A DNA stretch of 63,575 bases, filler included. It is 16 parts of 16 records of this genome, joined end to end, with 100 filler letters (N's around TTAATTAATTAA, not from the genome) between each part and the next. Parts side by side here need not be neighbours in the genome. Positions count along the whole stretch, not along the records: positions 33,888 to 37,298 come from SRR15195285_12206; positions 37,399 to 42,906 come from SRR15195285_12222; positions 43,007 to 47,684 come from SRR15195285_12228; 13 more parts are not named here. One strand, given 5' to 3'. The notes under the pieces are model-generated. The model saw nothing but the letters and a program-made list of their open reading frames with translations, made no database searches and was not told the DNA's origin. This document shows positions 33,888-44,402 of this stretch, in pieces; the stretch's first letter is position 1; every line of letters starts with the position of its first letter. The position numbers were made by a program, and so were the translations under genes.

Positions 33888-36800
33888 AGACTTCATGATC
33901 GTCAAAAATCCAGGACCCGAAAGTACAAAGAAAAGCACGCTCAGGTTACGCTGCACGGCTAGAGCCCGTTTTCGAGAATACAACTTTTTGACAATAGCTG
34001 GACCTGCATAACAAGAAGCCCATACGGCAACACCAATCAGCGACATGTAATACTGGATGTAAAACAGGTTGTCGAGGATGTACGCCAGTATCAGCTTTCG
34101 CAGACTGAGCTCTTGGTCATCGTCGTTGTCGTTAGGGTTACGATAGCGCTGCAGGAGACGCGCGCCGGTAAACACCAGCATTGCAATTTGAAACCACTCG
34201 ATTACTAGCGTGTACACGCCGAGATAGTTTTTCTTCGTCTTGCGGATGGTTGTACGTGGATCATCGATGACTAGAAGATGGAATTCAAACCGATTGGCGT
34301 AGGCCCCAACCATACCAACCAGTGCTATCAACGACATATACAAAAATACCGCAGCCGGACCAGAGCCCCACCTGTTCCACACGTCCTCAGAGCTGTCTGT
34401 TCCAAAGAGGTTGCTGCTGTAATTACCGGTGTCACTTGCATCCGTAGATGCTAGACTGGGTTCGTCGACGCGAAAATAAAACACTGGCACCAGCAGGAAA
34501 AGACCATATCCCAACAACGATACCATCACCGCGCTCAACTGCTGCGTGAAATTGTCCTTGATAAATTCGATCGGCGTCCATACCCACAGTGCTACTGGAA
34601 TCATTACTGTCGCTTGCCATATCTTGAATCCCCATTGCGCGCACAGATTCACCCAGCGCATTATGAAAGCTGCAGCCGCGCTGTCCATCCATGAGCTCTT
34701 GGGCTTCATTTTCGCTGCCTGCTTGGTATTTCGACTTGCTTCGTTAAGAGTGTTTTGAAAGGCAGAAGTTGTCTGGCTGCTTGTAGATTTGACCTGCACT
34801 GTCACAGTTTGTCCTATGGAGCTTGCCTGAAGGATCTGCACCCACTTATACGAGGCCGCAATGCTGTTTATGTTGGAAACAACTGCACCAGATGCTGAGA
34901 TCATTGTGGACTTGTGGAAGTTTGCAATCCCGGAAACAATCCCACTACCCCCTCCACTATTGAACACTCTTGCATACAGAGCTTGCTGTGGTGTCACAAC
35001 TGCTGCGCATATCAGATAGTCAAATGTTGTCCATTCGCTGTCTTTCTTTTGACGCTCCAAGACGATTGTCAGCAACGTATTTGTCAAATAGCTCAGCATG
35101 AATCCGGTCAAGTAAAGTTTGATGCGATCTGCAGCCCGTTCTATGGCCACTGCTTGCTTTGCATCGCTAGCGTATAGAAGGTCCTCGTGATGACTCGTAG
35201 TCACCCGCGAGTCCACAGCAGATCGTCGCATTTCCGTGGTCTCACGTGGATCGACTACGTCCATGATGTATGAAAAGCAATACGCATATACCGATACGCC
35301 TGTTAGCTGTGGAACCAAAATGAAAAACAGCTTCCAGTACATGAAAGCTGGGTCACCCCGCACGCCACACCAACCTAGTCCATTAAGCTCGTCTAAGCTT
35401 TCATGAAATGCTTCAGGCTTCAAGAAGAATAGTGAGATCGTCAGCAACAACGGCCCAAACCAATTTGCAACCTGCAGTCCAAGACGCCACCATCCTCTGA
35501 CTCGGAGTTTGCCTAACTTGACGAAGCGGAACGCCGTGTACGTTGCAGTGACCTGCCATGCCATCTGTGTCAAGTATGCAGCATTGTTGACAATTGCAAG
35601 AACTTGGCAGTATTGCCGCCCTTCGTCTGTCAGGCCGTACAGAATCGCACCATAGTTTGCGATGCCAGCCCAGCTGCTGAACATTAACATTTGTCGTCGG
35701 GCAGAAAACAACGACGGCACCAGGAAGTACTGGGCGACGATGTAGCAGCATCCCACGTAGCTTGCCACTGGAAACACAACTAAAATCACGAACTCTGGGC
35801 TTACGACGCTCATGTTGTGCTGTCCGACGATTCTAGTAAGCACATGGAAAAGCCCGACCAGCATGACAGGTAGAACAATTGTCAGCACAATCGTTTGTGC
35901 CACTGCAAACGGTCGTCCGACTAGTTTGCCCCCTACGCACCACGTGCCAATGCCTCCTGCCACTTTGATCCGCTGTTGGTGAATCTCCTCCATTCTAGCT
36001 AAGAGCATTTCATGTGCGTCAGCATCGCCTTCTGCAAGTTTTTCTAGGTGCTCATCGCCCAGCTCGTCCATGTTGACGACACCCTCTTCTTCCCCATCCA
36101 CCTGCGGCCCCGACCAGCCTGACATGATCTGCATGGCAGTCGACAGATTTTTCGTCTTCGACTCTACCTCATCAACCTTGCTCATTTTGTAGACTCTGTT
36201 GACAGCATCCATCGTCCATAGTCGTGCCACAGTAACTGCGGTCTTCCACTTCCGTGTATCGGACTCTGACTCTGAATACTCCGTCGGAACATTTGCAATC
36301 ATTTTGTGTGCACGCCAAAATAGAATGATCATACGTGCCGCGTGTTGTTTGTGCATATTCTCTGCTTTTGCTGAGGCCGCTACCTCCAGTTCATATGGCA
36401 GACATGAAGAGTTGAAGCGCAAATGACATAAAGACAGCAACACTCGATGGAAGTCGAAGGTCCTAGTACTCGTATCGTTGATTTCCTCCGGTGGAACATC
36501 TAGATCAAGCAGCAACCGTTTGTACCAATGCTTGTCGGCAGCGGTCACTACAGCGAAGGAGCCACCGATACTACCGATAAAATTTCGCAAGTCTCTGATG
36601 TGGATTTCGTCATTCACAAACATACCGAATGCATGCCAACGCATGTGAAACCACTTGACATCAGCATCCGTAATTCCGAAATCGCTTGCTCCCATCAGAT
36701 CCAGATTGTCAAGTAGCAACGCAGTAAACAAGTTCAGAAGAATCATGTTCGCAAAGATGAAAAAGACGGCGAAGAAAATGAAAGGGTGACCCCCAGTACT

Positions 36801-37298
36801 TCCCTTGATTTCCTCCACGATTTTAACGATGGGCTGGCCTGTTGCAATTTGAAACAGAAGCATCATCGCAGATGGCACCGACTGAAAGTTGCTGTACTCG
36901 TTCAGTTCGTCTGTTTTGATGTCTGAGCCGTCGAGTGGGACCAAGCCGTACAACTTCATTCCCAGAATACCAAAAATGAAGAACTGGAGGATCATTACTG
37001 TCACCAAATTGGCAACTTGCGGCAGTGAAATGTATATAAGCTTCAACAGCTTGCGCACCTGGACTGATGCTGACAACAGGCGTGTCATGCGCAAAATCAT
37101 GACAAAAGACAACCCCTGAATCCAGTCAAATTGTCCAGATGGATCAAACCATGCATACTGAGACAAGTTGTAGTGAACGGTCATAAGCCACATAATCATT
37201 ACAATCGCAAAAGGCGTTTTATCTGTCTTCAAATAGTCTCGCCAACCATATGCTCCAATGCGCACCACAGCCTCGTACGTGTAGACTGCCAGTGTTAG
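33888..37298 (-). CDS. Cav/Nav-type channel last repeat fused to a cAMP-receptor/GCR1-like 7TM domain and further TM segments (partial at both ends)
   Basis: One open frame across the whole contig; YEAVVRIGAYGWRDY, FIFGILGMKLYG, NFQSVPSAMMLLFQIATG, LLNLFTALLLDN; then 7TM with CQV...W, WFGP, GWCG, FILVP, RIKLY, QQALYARVF. Confidence 0.88.
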
Positions 37299-38116
37299 NN
37301 NNNNNNNNNNNNNNNNNNNNNNNNNNNNNNNNNNNNNNNNNNTTAATTAATTAANNNNNNNNNNNNNNNNNNNNNNNNNNNNNNNNNNNNNNNNNNNNCG
37401 CGGTCGATCGGGGGCGTCGCCAGATGGAAGTCGGTGAATACTCGGCGTAACTTGACTGGGCCCGCCCTCCTTTTCTCTCTGCAGCCGCTCCTCTGCCGAT
37501 CTTCCGTGCATGATTATTAGGCGTCATATTTCGATACAGCCCGACGCCCGGTGTCACTTTTGGCCGGTTTAGCCACGCTTTGTGGCAACTTCTAACCTTA
37601 GAAGTTGCCACAAAGCGGTCTCCATAGCGTCTCCATAGCGTCACTCCAGTCATCTGTATACAATTGGTCCCCATGGGACCGCGAGCAAGTTGTGCGATGT
37701 GCCGCGCCACGCGCTGCTCCCCATACGATGCTACGTCTGACGCACTCACGGTTACCAGTATTAGAATACGCCCTCGGAGTACGAAGGCACCAGGCGCCGG
37801 AGTCTCTTGACTTGGATTGTTCCCAATCCGGAAATGATATAATTAAGACATGTGTCGCTAACTCAGTGGTGGTCTCAAAACTAGCAGCGAGAGCAGTGCC
37901 GTCTCCTGCACTGCACGATTAGCAACGGTCAGCAGATAGTGGATTTGGCGTTGCCAGCGGAGCTCGGCCGCACGGGAGTGGGTGCATGCCGGGCAGTGTG
38001 ATGCACCCCGTGGAGAGTGGTTTGTGCTGGATGATAAGGCAAGTTGCATTCGCGCAAATGAATCACAACATATCACTCGAATTTTGCACCCGCTTTCGTC
38101 TCTGCATGTATAGCTC

Positions 38117-41100
38117 CTATGGCTCAAGCATCAGCAGCCACCCTTTTCCTGGCTCCACCTGGATCGTTTCGACGATCTGCCACGTGCGCGCGGGCTGGAA
38201 GCTAGGAATCGCATGCGCCACAACTGTTTTCACCACGCCAGCTTCCAAGCCCAACGTCGACCAGTCGACATTGCTCAGCGAGATCGTGACGTTCTCTGGC
38301 GCCCAGCTGGCCACAGCCACCAGCGTTTTTTTGCCAAGGTTCACATAGCAGGTCGCCTTGACATCCTGGCGCGCGCTGATCTGCTGCACCGGGCTCTCGG
38401 GTTCCCACCAGCCGATCATATCGGTGGCGTTTATCTCTATTTGATCCCAGTAACTCCACATGGGCGTCGGGTTTGCGCAGCCAAAGCGGCCGGTCGACCC
38501 GAATAGCATTCCACGGTACGGATTTGGCGTGCCCAGCATGTCCGAGAAGACGCCGTGCGCCAAGCCTGAGATTTCAAACAGCTGCACGTTGCATACGCGC
38601 ACGTTGCATACGCGTCACAGTACATCACTAGGTTAGGCTGGGCGGGGCACTTTCTCTTTCCAACATTGGATGCCGTGCGTACCCAGTTGTATGGCTCGGA
38701 GTCGTAACTGAACATTTCGCCAATCCAGAGCGAGTCCACATAGGCCCAATGGTTGGCGTACGCAACTGCGTCAGTGACCTTTTGCCCTGCGTACGCATAG
38801 TCGTTACCCGTGTGCATGTCAATCAGACCTTCAAGCCCATTTGTTGCCTGGCTGTACCGCTCGAGGACTTTGCGGACACGAACCATGGTGAAGCGATCAA
38901 ATCTACAGACAGAATGGAACACCCTGCTCAGAATCCAGATATAGATTCTCGCATCGATATCAAGTAAACCGCTCACTTACAGAATCCCGTCGTAGTAAAT
39001 ACCTGTGGGCATCGCAACGAGCCAGGGTGAGCAAGCGAGACAAACAGGGCCTAGCCCAGAAGTCAATTGCAGAGAAACGTCTTGTGGAGAAACGTCTTAT
39101 AGCACATTGAGGAGTGCTCATGGACGTACCGTTAATGTGAGGGGAGTGTTCGATAGACTCGCGCAGCCCTTCAACGTAGTAGTTCAGCCAGCGCCCCGCA
39201 AGGCCAGCCTGTGCAATTGCGGCGTCGGCTCCGTTCGGCTTTTCGAGCTGATCGAACCACGCAGGTGCATAGGATGTTACCAACTGCTCTTGCAGCCATG
39301 CTGCGCCACCACAGCCCGGCTCTCCTGGCGCGGTACCTCCGCAGGATGGACGGCGGTAGACCTCGTCGCCAAGTTGACGTAGCGCCCAGATCTCAGCGCA
39401 GTGGTTGCTCAGCTCTCGCACCGTGTAGTAGAATTTGACTCGCTGGTTTGAAATGAATTTACAGCGTGCACAGACACGGACAGCAAGGGCGCAAAGTGCC
39501 GGGTATCAGTCAGACCGGAGAGGATGTCAAAGGGCACGCGTGGTGTGCGTGCGTGCAAGCGTGCATGCGTGGGTCGGTGCGCTGCACACCATGCCCAACT
39601 CATTGGCTGAACGAGTGTAGTTTGCAAGCAAAGCCACACTCTCAGGGATAAAGGGATAGTTGATGAAGGCTGCGGCCCCAACATATTACACAATACCGAC
39701 AACACCATGTCAGTCATCGTGCAGCGTAAAAGTTGGTCAGAGCAGAGTACTCTGGAATGGATCGAGCGCAAGAGCAAGCACGTGTCGAGTATGGCGCAGC
39801 AGACGCCTACGATTAATCATCGTGTCGACGCCCTGACGGTGCACATGTGCAACAGTCAGACTCCGCACACTTTGATAGAAGAAGAGCAACGGTGCCAAAC
39901 ACACCTGGTGGATATTTACAACAGTTGCCCCTGTCTTTGCCACATCCTCGGCTGAGGTAAATGCGCTACTTGGGTAGCCGACTTGGAAATGACGGAGCGC
40001 CCAATGCTGGCTCTCGTTCCTTGGCTTGAACGGTGTGACCGACAAGTCGAATCGAAAAACGCGAGATCCGTTAGTGGAGGGTGGCTGCACACCACAACGA
40101 AGCCGACAAAGCAGTTAGTCCATACCATTAGACATGTCAATCGATAAATGTTTTACGTCTTATGAGCCGTGTGAGCCGCACCTGCACCTTTGGAGACAGC
40201 GTGTACTGGCCAGTGTACGCAACAATTCTAGCGCCCAGATCCTCCGGCGCCACAGTGTCACCTCCCTGAGGATCGTTAGCTTGGGACAAGGCAGTGATGT
40301 TGGCACCACCACGGCCGTGGTTGTCCCATGTGAGTGGCAAAGAGGAGTAACTCTTTTCTGCTGCGTCTCTGTAGAGATCGTTATCGTCCTTTAGCTGGAG
40401 CTTCAGCCCAGCGGATGCCGTACCAGCCCACATGAAGTTGTTCTTATGAGCAAGACTCCATTTCCACGCCACCGTTGTGTTCCGCTGGAGAGCACCAGTC
40501 ACCACACCCATCCCGGCCAGCACCATGCGCTCTTTTGGCTGTGGAAGCCACTCGATCTCCAAGCGAATGTCACGCAGCACAAACGACGATGATGCCGATG
40601 ATGCGCTCGACAGCTCAAACACGAAGTCAATGTAGCCGTCCATGTGAATTGTGCCATTCAAGAACACGCGTGCTGGGCCAGCGGCAAACTCGGAGCTCCA
40701 ACCAACGCTCGCAGGCGAGCGCCGCCACACCGAGGCTGGCTTGGTGACCGTCAGAGGGAGAGAGTGGTCGCCGTGTGATGCCTCATCCGAAATGAAGTCT
40801 AGAGCAACTGGCTTGGCTAGCAGACTGATGTCTCGTGAGGCGATGACACCATGGGCGGAGGCTGGACGTGTGACTGTAACCGCACTAGGGAGACCATTTG
40901 CGGCCACCTGGACGTGTCGGTTGAGCAGGCTGATCTTCAGTGAGGAATCCTTGTCAGCACTTGCGGCGTGCGGATCAAAGACACCAGCAGTTTGCTCGGA
41001 CGTCTTTCCGCCGTCCACCTGCAGCGGGATGAACGGTTTGACCACCTCGTCGTCAATTGCGAGCTTCGAGTTGAGCCACGCCAACCGAGCGTAGCTCTGC

Positions 41101-42733
41101 AAGTCGTCAAATCCGTGGGTAATGCTCACTGGCTCTTGGCTAACCGTCAACGTGGCGGTTACGGTCTGGGAAGAAGACAGCGACTGCTTGCTCGAACCGG
41201 CAGCATCTGATAGTACTGTGCTCAAAGTCGCCGTACCGTGCAAGATTGTTCTAGGTTCAAGAGAGTCAGGCACTTGCAGACCAATCCAGAGCGCTTTGAC
41301 AGAGCTCGCAGCCACATCGTTCACCAGAAAGGATGTGAAGCCAGGCGTCTGAGGGCGAGAAGAACCAGAAACGTCCTCGCCTAGGCTGGTGCTGCCTTCG
41401 GTATTCAGGCACTGTGTCTTCAGCGTGGTGGCGCCCCCCGTCAGCTCAAACGGTGTAATAGTGACAGTGCTCAACTCCTTGACGGCAAAGAGAGCGATCT
41501 GGAAGTAGAACCACTCCCCACGCGTTACGTTCGCAGCAAAGTGGTCGGAGGGGCCTCGCTGCACCCAGCTGTACGGTACCCTGTCACCCATCATCACCTT
41601 GTGTTCTCGCGGCTCGGGGAAGAGCAGGTATCCACGCTGTGATGCATCGGCTGGAAAGCGTTTCACGAGTGACGCGACCTCGGTGGCATTGGCCGGTAGG
41701 CCCATTGGGTCGACGTTGTGGAAGGCATCCCTGGACTCGATACGAACACTCGTGGCAGCTGGAAGGTGTTGCCATGGCTCCTGCGGCTTGGTACCATTCG
41801 TCAGCGGCTGGTACTCGAGTTTATGCAGGTGAATATCGTGGGTAGTGTCACCTGCGTTTGTGGGCATCCCGTACCGGGCATATGTGAGAAGGACGAGCAG
41901 GATTGCCAACAGCATGCGTCCATCGCACCGTATCCCAGCACACCGATGGCGTCTATTGTTACTGGCTCGTCAAACTCCACAGAAAGCCACGATGGCGAGC
42001 CCTGCGGGTCCCAGATCGTGGTGATATCGCCGTCCATCGCCTGCCACGGGTGGCCGGATGGTGGCGGGCCGACGTCTGGCTGCCAGCCCGACGCGCCCGT
42101 GACAGGCGACGGGTTTGTGTCGGTGGCCTTGTTTGGCAGCCAGCCTGTCGTCGGTGTGCGAAAGTTCAGCTCCACCACGAACGCTTGCCACGCTGGGTTG
42201 CTGCCCCAGCTGCGAAGACAGGTCCAGCGAAAAGCTTTGGACGTCACTGGTTTGGGAAGCACAAAGTCCTGGCGCGTGTGCACAGCTGCCTTCCCCGAGA
42301 AGTTTCCTGCCGGCTGCCAGTCGCCACCGCCCCCGGCCGTGCTCGCAGTCCATTTTTGATGTGCGCCGCCTATGCCCGACTGCGTGTAAGGCATGTAGTA
42401 CACGTAGTAGATCCCGGCGGCGGCCGGGGTGAACACAATCACACCGGCATGCTGCTCGATCTTTGGGGCGGACACGTTGGCGAGCACTTGCCCGGCGCTG
42501 TCGGTGACGATGATTGCCTTCTGCTCCGGGTCAGCGTCGCGCCGCCGCCATTCAACCACTGCCGCAATCGGGCCCCCCGCCGCCTGCTGCAATACTCTGG
42601 CTGAGACGGTGACCACGGCCCGAAAATCGCCGCGCCCAGTCCAGTCCCACAGGCCGCCCGGTGGGGGCGGGGCTGCTGGCATTAGTGCACCACAGCGCGA
42701 GAGGTCTGCGAGCATCAGGAGCACAAACAGCAT
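38117..42733 (-). CDS. Secreted DUF6067 / GH123-related putative glycoside hydrolase, multi-exon
   Basis: FRAVVTV, WRRRDADP, RGEWFYFQIAL, RLAWLNS, VTPFKP, PFINYPF, KFYYTVRELSN, WLQEQL, GIYYDGI, WIGE, EISG, NPYRGMLFG; ORF pieces join through GT-AG introns with micro-exons of about 22 nt. Confidence 0.88.
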
Positions 42734-43006
42734 CTCCGAGGGAGCAGCAACCCACTTGGACGGAGTGAGCCCCCCGCGCGCCCCCGCGCGCGGCGAGCTC
42801 GCCGCGTTGCTTCAAGTTTGTGCGTTACTTTCCACGCATGCATTCCTCCACCCCCGTCCCAACGGCGCGGGCCCAGTCAGTGCATGCCTCCCTGAAAATA
42901 GATCTANNNNNNNNNNNNNNNNNNNNNNNNNNNNNNNNNNNNNNNNNNNNTTAATTAATTAANNNNNNNNNNNNNNNNNNNNNNNNNNNNNNNNNNNNNN
43001 NNNNNN

Positions 43007-43066
43007 CGCCACCAGGCCAGACACGATCTCGCCGTGCCCGTCCCGGGCTGCATTGTATAGCTCCAT
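43007..43066 (-). CDS. Start of an ankyrin-like reading frame (fragment)
   Basis: MELYNAARDGHGEIVSGLVA runs off the contig. Confidence 0.5.
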
Positions 43067-43083
43067 TCTGTTCAGCGTGTACC

Positions 43084-44124
43084 ATGAACCTCGCAGAAGG
43101 TGGCACAGGCACCTGCTACATCGAGCAGAACTACGATCCGGACAACACCAACACGAACACAAACTGGTTGCAGTGCTCTCTCGACTGCTCTGGCTTGCCA
43201 GTCAATCTGGATGCGTCCGTCACGGACGCGATTGGTCCAGAGTGCGAGATGTGTACTGAATGCTCTCCGTGCCAGCCTGGCGGGCTGGTGGCACCAGATG
43301 TGGTAGCACCGATCTCTCTCAATGCAGAGATCGCCGATTATCCTGAAGGCAGCGCCGAGCGAACAGCGTTTTCCAATAGCTTTGCCTCCGATATGGCTGC
43401 GGTGCTTGAGGTCGAAGCTTCCCGACTTGAGGTGACTGGGCTTGAATCTGGCTCGCTAGTGGCACAATTCAAGGTCAAGCCATCAATCTTTGGGGTCCCA
43501 TTGCAGCCACAGGCTCTGGCTGACAAGTTCTCAGACCCCGGTGTGATCTTAGCTGGGGTCGAATCGGCTGCAGCGATCGCTCTTGACGATATTAAGCAGA
43601 CAGCGATGGCGTGCAACTCTCCAGACGTGCTTGAGATGATCGTGAACTGTACGCTCTATTCCGTGGAGAACATCGAGAAATTTGCCAATCTCACGTTGTA
43701 CGTAGCACAACAAGCACAAGACGGAGCAGCCAGCGCACAAAATGCCGTGGATTCAGAAACCATAGAGGGTGCAGCGGGTGATGCCACAAGTGCGCAACAG
43801 AGCACTCTCGCGGCTCAGTCTGCGATCGATGCGTTCGGACAGCAATTTTGCGCGTCAACTTGCGCGGTGGCCTTGCAACCTCGCTGGCTTCGCTGCAATA
43901 GAGGATTGTTTATGGCCAACCCGTTGTCAACGGCGTTGACGCCGTTTGCAGGGATAGCCAACGTGTTCTGCGGAATGGGTGACAGAGAAATGACTGGGCC
44001 GCAAGTGACTTCTGCCATAACTTCTGGCGCAGCTCCGGCGCCATCAACGAGCGACGGGTCAGTGGTTGGTCCTACCGTTGCTGTCTTGATGGTTGTGTTT
44101 GCCCGTGGTCAAAATGTACTATAG
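43084..44124 (+). CDS. Putative cell-surface protein (Cys-rich, SEA-like segment, possible GPI signal); 5' end may lie in a missing exon
   Basis: AFSNSFASDMAAVLEVEASRLEVTGLESGSLVAQF; Ser/Ala/Pro spacer and hydrophobic C-terminus; no signal peptide and TTCAG just upstream. Confidence 0.65.
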   Translation: MNLAEGGTGTCYIEQNYDPDNTNTNTNWLQCSLDCSGLPVNLDASVTDAIGPECEMCTECSPCQPGGLVAPDVVAPISLNAEIADYPEGSAERTAFSNSFASDMAAVLEVEASRLEVTGLESGSLVAQFKVKPSIFGVPLQPQALADKFSDPGVILAGVESAAAIALDDIKQTAMACNSPDVLEMIVNCTLYSVENIEKFANLTLYVAQQAQDGAASAQNAVDSETIEGAAGDATSAQQSTLAAQSAIDAFGQQFCASTCAVALQPRWLRCNRGLFMANPLSTALTPFAGIANVFCGMGDREMTGPQVTSAITSGAAPAPSTSDGSVVGPTVAVLMVVFARGQNVL

Positions 44125-44402
44125 GGGATCGCACCTCGACCTCAACGACTGCCACTGTTTCCAATTGCTGATGGACGTTGATTTCAGAACAGATACACCT
44201 CGGATCGGAATAGGCGTCATCAGAGGGTGAAATGGCTGATTGCTTTGCCACATTCACCCCTCAAGCTTGACTGTGGACAAAAGGCCATTGGCCCGAAGTC
44301 ACGCTACTGTAGTTGACAACGCGATCGTCACTTCATAAATATGTTGCCTCACTACTGTACCGATCGATCCGTAAAATAGAATATGTATATATTAAAGCGC
44401 GC

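Noticed and set aside
40137-42733. Overlapping ORFs as programmed frameshifts or pseudogenes (also 2948, 6076, 20247, 56131-59194)
   Set aside because: Each break I traced is explained by a canonical GT-AG intron that restores conserved motifs.
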